DNA from: Macrostomum lignano
Taxonomy: Eukaryota
DNA: 64,000 bases
Assembly: GCA_002269645.1 (NCBI GenBank)
Contig: NIVC01001081.1
Span: 298,436-362,435, forward strand
Reading direction: 5' to 3'
Shown: one piece after another, positions 22,066-31,569 of the stretch
Layout: each line of letters opens with the position of its first letter
Position numbering within the stretch: position 1 is the first letter of the stretch
Made by a program: the position numbers and the translations under genes
The notes under the pieces: model-generated
Databases searched by the model: none
Seen by the model: the letters and a program-made list of their open reading frames with translations, nothing else
Told to the model about the DNA's origin: nothing

Positions 22066-25000
22066 TTAATTACCTTGAATTTCGACCTCCATTCCAATGT
22101 CTGGCAGGTCCGGATCGTCTTCTTCTAGCACTTCGGGATGGCGTAGGCTCGGTTCAAAGAGTTGGCTGCCTCGCAGATCGGGCTGGGCTGCGGCCTGCGG
22201 CTCTGATGCGGGCTGATTAACTGAATCCGTTTCGCTTTCCTCGCTGGACTCGTAGGGCAACATCGGCCGCTCAGTTTGTTGCGGCGGCTCCTGCGGTCGT
22301 TCAGCCATTGTTCGCGGCACTTTTATGATATTGTTCCGGTGTACAAGCACCTCAGCTGGGCGTCCTCGTCGTGCTGTGGCAGGTCTGATCCAATAGGCAA
22401 CTTCGCCGACTTTCTTCACAACTTTATACATGCTCTTATACGGCCGGTGAAACTTGGGCAACTCTCCCAGCTCGAGCTTCGGGTTGGCCAGGCAGACCAG
22501 ATCTTCGGGCTGCAGTTCCACAGGTTTTGGCCGGTTCTCATAGTACTCTTCTCGGCGTTGGATTTCTGCTCTCAGTCGCTGTCTCACAATACGTTCAGTT
22601 TCGGCCAGTCTACGCTGATGTTTGGCAATGTACTCCGGGAGGTCAGCTGATATGTCCAGGCGGTCCAGGGTGTTGTCGATAGGATATCGATAGGGCACTC
22701 CATAAACGACATAGTGCGGCGAGAACCCGGTAGTACGATTGACGGCAGATCTTAGTGCAGTCAAAGCGGCTGGCAGCATCTTGTCCCACTGTTGATGATC
22801 TTCTAGGAGACAGGTGAGCACTTTCTTAATATTTTTATTGCACGATTCAGCTTGTCCGTTTGCCCAGGGCGAGTATGGCGGCGTCGTTGTCTGCCTGATG
22901 CCGTAGACTTCGCAGAAGTGTCGGAACTCATGCCCTGTAAACTGCTTGCCTTGATCCGAATGAATCCAAGCGGGGATTCCGGTGATTGGAAAGACTTGCT
23001 CTTGCAGGAGCGTGATTATCGTCTTAGCGCGCTGGTTCTTCATGGCGAAAGCGAATGGGTACTTTGACGTGGTGTCGACGTAGGTTAAGATGTACTTATT
23101 TCCTCGATCTGTCGGATCTCCAGTGGGGCCCAAAATGTCGATAGCACATCGCCCATAGATTTCGCAGACCGGAAACGACTGTACATGCGCCGGGATTCGT
23201 CGCCGTCCTTTGCTTAAGGTGCAGGTCTGGCAGGAAGCGACGTAGTCGGACACTGCTTTGGCCAGAGCAGGTCGCCAGAAACGTTCGCGCACTTTAGCAA
23301 TGGTGAGGTCTCGGCCCATGTGTCCGCAGTAGGGCGAACCATGCAGGTCGGCGAACACGGTGGCATCGAGACTCCTCGGCAGGACGATTCGCGCTTTGTC
23401 CACTTCTCCGACATCGTCGAGATGTATAACTAATAGTCCATCGTCTCGGACTTCTAATTGCTCATAAAACGCTAACAGATTTCGCTCGTCTCTCGTCATG
23501 TTCAGGCGTTGGTTCAGCGGCGGCTTCGGTTGTCGGGTTTCCAATAGATTGATCACCATGGCGATGGCAGAGTCAGCACGCTGATGGGTCTGGAGCTCCT
23601 CGCGAGTGACTGGCCTCGGGATGTGATCTGTTAGATTCAGAGTACGGCGACTGTCTGTAGGATTTGCTGGCGCGGCATCGGCTGTGGCGGCATGGTTCGG
23701 GGTCGGGAGCTCCCTACGCATGGTCGCTACTTGGACCGGTGGCCGGGCCGTTGCTGTCTTTGAAGGCCGATCCGTGTCGGGGGCTTCGGCGTCACTGTCG
23801 TTAGAATTTGAATCGTCAGCAGATAATGATGAGTCAGCGGAGCTGTCGGCGTCGCTGCTGAATCTCACCTTCTTGAACTTAGGGCAGCGAGCGGGTTGGC
23901 AGCGGTCATCTCTGGCTGCACTGTGGTCGCTGTCCTCGTCACCTTCAGCTAGTAGTCGGCGGCTCCTCGTGGGGCAACATGTCGAACTGCTAAAGCTGGT
24001 GGGCGACCTCTGTGAGTCCCGGCAACGACTGGCAGATGGCCTCGACTTCGTCGCCGGCGGATGCAGCTCTGTCAGCGGCTTGCTGTCGGCTGTCGGTGTT
24101 GCGGGCGGCGTAGTCTCGCCGTTGGACTCAGTTGATTTCGTCGGCGGCTTTCGTCGGTGACGGCGGGTCGGTCGCTTCTTGCTCGGTAGAGGACTAGGGT
24201 GGCTGCTGTCGTGGACCTTCGGCGCCGCTGCGCCAGTTATCGCGGCTGGCTGCTTACTTTGGTCCCCGTCGGCTGCCTCGCGCTGAGCCTCCTCCAAGCA
24301 TTCGGCGTCGTCCTCAGGCCGTCTAGAGAGGCCGTCGGCGTTCTGATGCTGACTTGACTTCCTGTGTTGAATCTCGAACTCGAATTCGCTCAGGCGTTGT
24401 AGCCATCTTCCAAAGATTCCTATTTGTTGAGTTCGCCTTAAGATCCAGGTTAATGCGGCATGATCGGTTCGGCAGATGAACTTCTTGGCCAGCAGGTAGA
24501 AGCGGAAATGTCGCATTCCGTCTACGACTGTCAACAGTTCCTGCTTCGTAATCGGATAGCGGGCTTCGGCTGGCTTGAGTCGCCGGGAGAAGTAGCCAAT
24601 TGGGCGCTCGATTCCATCAGCTTGGCGTTGGCTCAGGCAGGCTCCGATCCTGGTCGCAGAAGCATCCGTGTCCAAGATAAACATTACTTCAGGATCCTCG
24701 CTGAACTGCGGATACGCGAGCACTGATGTCGAAGTCATAGCTGCCTTGAGCTGGTCGAACGCGTCTTGCTGGGCTTTTCCCCATAGACAATTGAAATTCC
24801 GAATTTTCTTTTCTTTGATCAAATCATGGAGCGGAGCTGCAAGTTCTGCGTAGCCGGGTACGAATTTAGCATAATAAGCGCACGTGCAGACAAAGCTTTT
24901 AAGTTGCCGGGCTGTTCTTGGTCTTGGCCAGGTTTGGATTGCTTCAATTTTCGCCGGATCGGTCTTGATGCCGTCCTTAGTTACTAGGTGTCCCAAATAA

Positions 25001-26745
25001 TTTAGACTTTCCCGAAATAAATGGCACTTCTTGCCTTTGAACTTTAAGTTGGCGTCTTGCACTCGTTTGAAAACCTCTTCCATATGTTGAAGATGGTCGT
25101 TGAACTTCTTGGAGTAGACGATGACATCATCTAAGTAGGCAATTGCACTTTTGTAGGCTATCCCGTTGAGCACAGCATTCATAAGTCTCATGAAGCTGGC
25201 TGGAGCTGAGCTAAGTCCCATAGGCATAACATTGTAGGCGAATTGTCCGCGGTGCAGCGTAGCGAATGCAGTCAGATCTTGATCTTCTGGACGCAGAGGA
25301 ATCTGATAGTAGCCGCTATTTAAATCGAATGTACTAAACAGCTGGCTTCCTTCGAGACTGGCGAACGCTTCTTGAATATTAGGAATCGGGTACGGAAAGT
25401 ACTCACATTTCTGATTCAAACTTCGAAAGTCTTGTACAATCCTCAGGCTGCCGTCCTTCTTCGGGATGATCACCAGCGGGGTGTTGTAGCTGGAAAAGCT
25501 TGGTCTGATCACACCTTTGGCAAGAAGATCGTCTAGCAGCTGATCCACCTTCGGTAACAGATGTGGCGGAATCCTTCGCGTCGGCAGGTGTACCGGATCC
25601 TTGTCCTTTAGTACGATGTTATGGGTGACCAGATGAGTTCGGCCGAGATCGTGTGGCCCCTGGGAAAAGATGTTCTTGTACTTCTTTAGCAGCTCGATGA
25701 CTTGAGCGCGCTGGTCACTGGACAGGTCCTCGCCGATATCGATCTCCTTGATCCAAGCGTCCGGATCTTCGTCTTGGATTTGCTTGACGGAGTCTTCTGA
25801 CTTCAGTAGCGGGAAGAACTGTAGCTCGGGCAGTCTGATTGGTCTTGCTATCCCGACTAGGGCGTTCGCTCGCACTTTGATGGCTGTAGTGCCTCGATTG
25901 ATCATCTCTATTGCGCCTTCTCCATTCGCCATTGATATCAGGGCAGGCGCGGCGTCCAGATGCTGCACATCGTCTTCGCGCCGAGCCGGTTTCAGCGGCT
26001 CGATCACAGCGGGTGTCCCTTGGTTTTCCTCGCGTCCTTTTGCTAATTTAATTTTAATTCGGGCTGAAGATAATGGTGGCACAGTAGTGCTCTCGGCGGT
26101 ATAAATTCTGCACGTGGTAGCTTCAGTTCGCGTGTAGCGAAGCGGTGCGGCAGTGCCGTCCTTGAAAAACAGCATCCCGGCGACGAGATCTAGTGAGGTG
26201 CTGTACTTCTCCAGAAACTCGAAGCCTAGGATGTTGTCGTGAGATCCCTTTGCTAGCAGAAACTTAACTGTCGGCTCAAAACTTCCGATTTTAATTTTGA
26301 TAGTTAGTTGGCCTGCCATCTGAATTGGTTCTCCGTTGTAGGTCACGATGCGTTGCTGGCAGGGCTCGATTTGGCCACGCAGGGTTGGGTCATCAGTACA
26401 TAAACGGTGCCAGGTGCTGAATCCTAAGACTTCGCACTTGGAGCCAGTGTCAAGAAGAAAAGCAAAATAGCGGCCCTGAATCTCACCAGTTAGAAATGGA
26501 TCCCTTCGAGGTCGCTTGGGTGCAGAGTTCTGTACAGGTGCGGAGGCGGTCTCAGCAGTGGCCTGCTGAGCGACTAAAGTCCTCGGCGGGGACTTCAGTG
26601 CTGGCTCGGCTGCTGGATGGCGCTGCCCCCGATGGCGCGTCCAGCCGTCGCGTTTCCCGAGCTGCCGTTGCGCTGGGACGCGTTGCTGGCCGACCGTCGG
26701 TGCGGGCACTCGTCGGCGCGGTGCTCGCGGTTGCACCTGTAACAC
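22066..26745 (-). CDS. pol: Gypsy pol polyprotein (PR-RT-RH-IN), intact copy; -1 frame relative to gag
   Basis: LLDTGS protease, YLDD RT, LDTDAS/TDH RNase H, HHCC zinc finger and DILG/SDQG/AES integrase; PR-RT-RH-IN order. Confidence 0.98.
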   Translation of the reverse strand: MLQVQPRAPRRRVPAPTVGQQRVPAQRQLGKRDGWTRHRGQRHPAAEPALKSPPRTLVAQQATAETASAPVQNSAPKRPRRDPFLTGEIQGRYFAFLLDTGSKCEVLGFSTWHRLCTDDPTLRGQIEPCQQRIVTYNGEPIQMAGQLTIKIKIGSFEPTVKFLLAKGSHDNILGFEFLEKYSTSLDLVAGMLFFKDGTAAPLRYTRTEATTCRIYTAESTTVPPLSSARIKIKLAKGREENQGTPAVIEPLKPARREDDVQHLDAAPALISMANGEGAIEMINRGTTAIKVRANALVGIARPIRLPELQFFPLLKSEDSVKQIQDEDPDAWIKEIDIGEDLSSDQRAQVIELLKKYKNIFSQGPHDLGRTHLVTHNIVLKDKDPVHLPTRRIPPHLLPKVDQLLDDLLAKGVIRPSFSSYNTPLVIIPKKDGSLRIVQDFRSLNQKCEYFPYPIPNIQEAFASLEGSQLFSTFDLNSGYYQIPLRPEDQDLTAFATLHRGQFAYNVMPMGLSSAPASFMRLMNAVLNGIAYKSAIAYLDDVIVYSKKFNDHLQHMEEVFKRVQDANLKFKGKKCHLFRESLNYLGHLVTKDGIKTDPAKIEAIQTWPRPRTARQLKSFVCTCAYYAKFVPGYAELAAPLHDLIKEKKIRNFNCLWGKAQQDAFDQLKAAMTSTSVLAYPQFSEDPEVMFILDTDASATRIGACLSQRQADGIERPIGYFSRRLKPAEARYPITKQELLTVVDGMRHFRFYLLAKKFICRTDHAALTWILRRTQQIGIFGRWLQRLSEFEFEIQHRKSSQHQNADGLSRRPEDDAECLEEAQREAADGDQSKQPAAITGAAAPKVHDSSHPSPLPSKKRPTRRHRRKPPTKSTESNGETTPPATPTADSKPLTELHPPATKSRPSASRCRDSQRSPTSFSSSTCCPTRSRRLLAEGDEDSDHSAARDDRCQPARCPKFKKVRFSSDADSSADSSLSADDSNSNDSDAEAPDTDRPSKTATARPPVQVATMRRELPTPNHAATADAAPANPTDSRRTLNLTDHIPRPVTREELQTHQRADSAIAMVINLLETRQPKPPLNQRLNMTRDERNLLAFYEQLEVRDDGLLVIHLDDVGEVDKARIVLPRSLDATVFADLHGSPYCGHMGRDLTIAKVRERFWRPALAKAVSDYVASCQTCTLSKGRRRIPAHVQSFPVCEIYGRCAIDILGPTGDPTDRGNKYILTYVDTTSKYPFAFAMKNQRAKTIITLLQEQVFPITGIPAWIHSDQGKQFTGHEFRHFCEVYGIRQTTTPPYSPWANGQAESCNKNIKKVLTCLLEDHQQWDKMLPAALTALRSAVNRTTGFSPHYVVYGVPYRYPIDNTLDRLDISADLPEYIAKHQRRLAETERIVRQRLRAEIQRREEYYENRPKPVELQPEDLVCLANPKLELGELPKFHRPYKSMYKVVKKVGEVAYWIRPATARRGRPAEVLVHRNNIIKVPRTMAERPQEPPQQTERPMLPYESSEESETDSVNQPASEPQAAAQPDLRGSQLFEPSLRHPEVLEEDDPDLPDIGMEVEIQGN

Positions 26746-27992
26746 ATTGCACTCTGCCGCCGCAACTGATAAGGCGGCTGGCGCGAACTCGACTGTTGCT
26801 GCGGCTGCTGCTGCAGCTGTCGACGTTGACCTCCTGCTGGCGGCGTTCTCGGCGGCGGGTTGCTACCGTCGCGGGGTTGCTGAAGTCGATGGAACTGTTG
26901 ATGCTGCACATGGCGTGTGCCGGGTGTCGTAAATTGTGCGCTTCCGTCGGCGCTGCGGCGAGGAGTCGGAGGTACCAAACATCTGGAGCGTTGGCCCCAC
27001 GAGTCCCGCGGCTGATGGCGAGCTGGTTCCCATGGCTCCGGGGTGTCGTTGTCGCGCGATCCCCGCGAGTAGAACTCTCGCATTTCGTTGCTTAATGTTT
27101 CCAGAATTCGTCGCTGCTCTTGCAGACTCTCGGTTTGTTGTTCCATCACTGCACGCAACCAGTTTTCCTCGGGTCGAGATGACTTGGCGTCGTGTTGCGC
27201 CACAGTGGGCGTCTGACTGTCGTCATTCTCGAGAACTCGTACATGTCTCGCTGCTGGCGGCGGTGCTACTCGCTGAGCCAGGCTAGCTGCTGTCTCCAGG
27301 CGTAGCACAGCCCTTCTCGCGGCGGTCAGATTCTGCGGTCTCACCAGGATTAGCTGTTCTCGGGCCGACTGGGCGATTCGCACTCCTACCGTGAACTGGT
27401 CCACCAGCTCAGCTTGCTTTTGCACCGGAGTAAAGTGCGGGAACGCTTTGTCGGCCAGAGCAATAAGTCGATCACCGTAATCGTCAACGCTCTCGTTCTT
27501 GCCTTGCTGGCAGCTTCGGAATTGCTCGCGATACTCCAGCGTGTCGGCCACATGCGTAAAACGTTCAGACAAACGCTGTTTAAACTCACCAAACGTTAGG
27601 TTGTCTGGCAGCTCCATCCTGACGACTGCGGGATAGGTTGTGGCGATGTCCAAATTCACAAGGACCTCCGCCTTCTTACGTCTGTCGTCTGTGATCCCGT
27701 TGAGCTCGCATCGCTCCTCCAGGGCCTGGATCCAGACGTCAAATTCCTGGTTCTGAGTGTACCGTTGAATCTTAACCGGTTTTGGCGCTGGAGCTCGATC
27801 CTGCTGCTGGGGCTGCTGGTACACGTGGTGATGGTGTTGCGGCTGGCCCAGGCTGGTCTGCTCCAAGCGTCGGCGCACCTCGTCGGTCACCGCGCGAATC
27901 ATCTCGTCGTAGGTCGGTCTGGTCGCTGAATTGTCTGGGCCCGCGGCGTCGGCTGTCGCGTCCGCGGCCGTTGAATTAGTTGCTGAAGCCAT
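26595..27992 (-). CDS. gag: Gypsy gag (465 aa from MASAT), copy 1
   Basis: Capsid-like FDVWIQALEERCELNG and QGKNESVDDYGDRL, C-terminal CYRCNREHRADEC knuckle; located between PBS and pol. Confidence 0.92.
   Translation of the reverse strand: MASATNSTAADATADAAGPDNSATRPTYDEMIRAVTDEVRRRLEQTSLGQPQHHHHVYQQPQQQDRAPAPKPVKIQRYTQNQEFDVWIQALEERCELNGITDDRRKKAEVLVNLDIATTYPAVVRMELPDNLTFGEFKQRLSERFTHVADTLEYREQFRSCQQGKNESVDDYGDRLIALADKAFPHFTPVQKQAELVDQFTVGVRIAQSAREQLILVRPQNLTAARRAVLRLETAASLAQRVAPPPAARHVRVLENDDSQTPTVAQHDAKSSRPEENWLRAVMEQQTESLQEQRRILETLSNEMREFYSRGSRDNDTPEPWEPARHQPRDSWGQRSRCLVPPTPRRSADGSAQFTTPGTRHVQHQQFHRLQQPRDGSNPPPRTPPAGGQRRQLQQQPQQQSSSRQPPYQLRRQSAMCYRCNREHRADECPHRRSASNASQRNGSSGNATAGRAIGGSAIQQPSQH
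26612..26658 (-). promoter_or_regulatory. -1 programmed ribosomal frameshift signal (G GGA AAC + 6-nt spacer + stem-loop); second copy at 36115-36161
   Basis: Slippery heptamer in the correct gag phase at 26652-26658; downstream GCTGGA..TCCAGC stem; pol ORF lies in the -1 frame. Confidence 0.8.
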
Positions 27993-28041
27993 AGCGTTGT
28001 AGTTTCTGAACGACTCGTCGAATGGATTGTGGTGTTTCGAT

Positions 28042-28061
28042 ATCCCACTTAGCTGACACCA
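28042..28061 (-). promoter_or_regulatory. Primer-binding site, tRNA-Leu type (second copy 37545-37564)
   Basis: TGGTGTCAGCTAAGTGGGAT one base after the LTR end; resembles the complement of tRNA-Leu 3' end (..ATCCCACTTCTGACACCA) with a 2-nt insertion. Confidence 0.75.
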
Positions 28062-28062
28062 A

Positions 28063-29137
28063 TGAGGTGGGGCGGAGAAAGGTTTAAAACAAGAAATTTT
28101 TCGAAAGTTGGTCGTTTGAAAAGCTGGGTTTCCTCGAAACCGAACGGCGTTGAGTTCGCACGAATTGAATCCGGAAAAATCCGTGTGGCCGAATCCCAAT
28201 AGAATGTCTCGTAGATACTCCGACTGCCGGGGTCCTCAATCCCGGGGGAGGGTAGTTTAGTCGTAGACGAGCGGTCTTCGTTGGCGCGAGCGTTCAGAAC
28301 GGGTCCTCAGACACCGAATTTATCGTATCTCGTATGTTTGACTTAACTGGTTACTAACAGTAGAGTAGCGCTGCCACCACCGTAATTCGCGTATTACGGA
28401 ACGTTGGAGTCTCAGAACTTGCTTCGAGATGAGACTGGGTTGTTTTACGCCCCACGGGCAAATGACTCAAAATAAGCTAGGCTTCAGGCTATTAATAAAA
28501 ATTAACGTAAAATCGACTGTTTTATTAGTTCGTAAAAGTTCAGGTAGTAAAAGTATAAGGGACCGAAACCTACTCCGGCGGATGATTTGCCGGTGCCGCG
28601 GTGCACGACTGAATAAAACGGCTTACGCTAGTTGTAGTTAGATTGGGCGAATTAAATATTAGTTGTTAAATTGAATAGGGAGAGAGAGCGAGGGTGGGCA
28701 GAAAAACCTAAACCAAACTAAAACCAAACTAAACCTAACAAAACACAACACAACTAAAAATTGGGCAGCACTAGGGCACCATTAAATAGAGAAAAGGAGC
28801 GCAAAAGATGGACAAATGGGGTCAAACATTGGTGGCAAAAGGCGGTCACGGGGTCCAAGCATCGAACAAACAAAAAGACACGGAAAGATAGGGAGTTAAA
28901 CAAAATTTCCAAAAGAGGGACGCGGAGGACCAGAAAAAGGAGTGGGAAGACCAACGCAAGAACGGGGAGACTGACGAAATAAGCCAACGACTGGGGGCAC
29001 AGGGTGGACACAGAGGACCAAAAACTGGGGACAGCGGGAATGGGTCAAAAGGTGGTTTATTAAGTCGCGTAAAATAAATTTAAAAATTGAAATAATAAAG
29101 TTCGCGAAATTGTTAGTGGCAGCCCCCAACTGCCACA
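28063..29137 (-). repeat. LTR 2 (shared central LTR, 1075 bp)
   Basis: Near-identical to LTR 1 and LTR 3; followed by a PBS. Confidence 0.95.
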
Positions 29138-29184
29138 GTCTCGGGGGAGCCGCACTTTTCAAAAAACTTCGGACCTCCCGGTCC

Positions 29185-30024
29185 TCACTGGTAGCGCCCT
29201 CGATGGGCGACGGCGCGTCCTCCGCGATTGGCCGGCCGGGTGCCGCGGGGCGGGCCTCCGTCCGCGGCGGCCGCGTCAGCAGTCGGTGGGGCCGGGGCCG
29301 GATACGCACTGTTCGAGGCCGAGGTCGTCGAAGCCAACTCTGTCGGCGAGTCTGGCGGTACCGGGGCCGATTTCGGGGCGGTGGCCGAGCTGGCGAAGCG
29401 GGCTCGCTCGCATAACTGCTCAAACGTACGGCCGAATCCGCGCTGGCGGGTGACTGGGTGGTCCAGGGCCACTGCGATGAGGGTGCAGCAGGGCCAGAGC
29501 TGCTGGCCCTCGGTCTCGGTGCTAAGGCGAGCTGCGGTCGACAGGGCCGCCATTTCTATAGCCAGGGCGACGGCGGCTGGATCATAGTGCTGAGCCAGCA
29601 AGGACCAATTGACGCAGTCGGTAGCGGTGCGTGGGGCTGGTCCCTCCTCCATCTCCAGTAACAGCAGCTCAGCGAGCCGCTGGGCGACCTCCTCCGACTC
29701 CATGGCCGGGGCATTGCGGGGCTCCGTTGAGTTGGCCGCTGGGGTGCCGGACTCCGACCCGCTGGTCCAGGACGCGGGCGGCAGCGGCGGTGTAATGTGC
29801 CGGTCGGGCACCAGCATGCGCACAGGATCCGGTTCTTGCGCCATAGGAAAGGTTGCGACATGGTCCATTAGACCGTTGAGCCAGGGGCCGGGCGTATACG
29901 GCGCTTCTAGTGGTTCTGGGTACCCGTTGGCTAGGCCCAGAGCGTCTAGTAGAACTGGGTCCGGAGATTCTTGGCCTTGGTTTCCGCCTACCATGGGGTC
30001 GTTGTCGTCGGCCGGCTGGTGCAT
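29185..30024 (-). CDS. Orphan accessory ORF3, copy 2
   Basis: Translation identical to copy 1. Confidence 0.65.
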   Translation of the reverse strand: MHQPADDNDPMVGGNQGQESPDPVLLDALGLANGYPEPLEAPYTPGPWLNGLMDHVATFPMAQEPDPVRMLVPDRHITPPLPPASWTSGSESGTPAANSTEPRNAPAMESEEVAQRLAELLLLEMEEGPAPRTATDCVNWSLLAQHYDPAAVALAIEMAALSTAARLSTETEGQQLWPCCTLIAVALDHPVTRQRGFGRTFEQLCERARFASSATAPKSAPVPPDSPTELASTTSASNSAYPAPAPPTADAAAADGGPPRGTRPANRGGRAVAHRGRYQ

Positions 30025-31152
30025 AGTGGCGTCAGCAGTTTCAATTGGCAAGACGGCAAGGGTGAATAAATAGCAGTCGAAGAAACAAAAGGGATTAATA
30101 TACAGAGAAAATAGATATATATACAGGGAAACTTGCGAATAATAGCGATTGAGAAGCTTAATTACAAAATGAATGTCGCACAGAGGCAAAGTCAAAGTTA
30201 ACTGATTTGGGGCCTGAGAAAATGAAACGCATCCTTAAATACTTTTCAACAGGCCAGGTTTTGGCCAGCAGGGCCAAAAGCTGGGTAAAACAGATTCACC
30301 ACCCCCGCCGCGCACTCCAATTGAGGTTACGCAGAGAAACTGGGGGGGGGGGAGGAGCCATAAAAAATTGGTAAACCACGAGATAGGGGTGCGGTGCCGC
30401 CTTGTCAAAACTTAGGCTGGGCTTCGGATCGATGAAAACGAGAAGGCCCCAATTGGGCTCACAAGAACAGGGGTCGCTTGTGAAACTAAAGAGTCGCAAA
30501 CACCAGTTTTAGAATTACACAAATGGCGGCAAAAGAACAAAATCGGGGTGCCTAACCAACATTTATATAGAAATAGCAGAATAAGAGATAATAACTGAAA
30601 AAGGCATGCAGGTCTCCGTAAGGAGCTATACAAACAGAGGGGAGGAAAGGCACTGGGGAAATTTTCCCAGGCTCGGCTCGATCGGAACAAAAAGGGAGCC
30701 TCGATTCAGCACGGCCTTGAACAAAAAGGGCCTGATCCGGGTGCGGCAGGACAGAGAGTTAACCCGACTGGTTGAAAAGTACATTCGGTTTGAAAACTGG
30801 GCTGAAAAGGTTTTACAAGAAATTTGAAAAATGTTACGCGTTTATGTTACAAAGATGAGCAAAATTTCAGCACTTTGGGCGTGTGCGAAGAAATTATAGC
30901 TAAATTTCACAGGACAGCAAGGGGAAATTCACGCAAAGCTGCGGTATTCGCAGGTGGATAAATAATGGCGCATTGGTGCGGGCTTTTACCGGAAAGCCTA
31001 AGGCTAAAATATGAGCGCAGTGGTGCAGGCTTATCATAACGCATCGCATAAGCATGAGCACGTAATAACATAGGTTATGGCTTTTATCCGGAAAGCTTAA
31101 GGAGAGGGGAATAAAACGCTTTGACAGGAAGCAAAGGTTGCAATAAAGAATC

Positions 31153-31424
31153 TGCTTTTACCCTCAAGCATAAGGTTTACAGTAGAGAAATTGCTTTTAC
31201 CCTCAAGCATAAGGTTTACTGTAGAGAAATTGCTTTTACCCTCAAGCATAAGGTTTACTGTAGAGAAATTGCTTTTACCCTCAAGCATAAGGTTTACAGT
31301 AGAGAAATTGCTTTTACCCTCAAGCATAAGGTTTACTGTAGAGAAATTGCTTTTACCCTCAAGCATAAGGTTTACAGTAGAGAAATTGCTTTTACCCTCA
31401 AGCATAAGGTTTACTGTAGAGAAA
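31153..31424. repeat. 40-bp x7 internal tandem repeat, copy 2
   Basis: Same as 21649-21920. Confidence 0.95.
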
Positions 31425-31569
31425 ATTTGAAATAACCTTCAGCACATTAGCGGGTGCAGAGAAGGTTTTACAGCGGCAGGGAAAATTAACGCATTCGCAA
31501 AACGTGACTATTGACAGTAGTGCGCAGAGTAAAATTCGCAGAAAAGGCGCACACGGAGAAATTTCGCGG

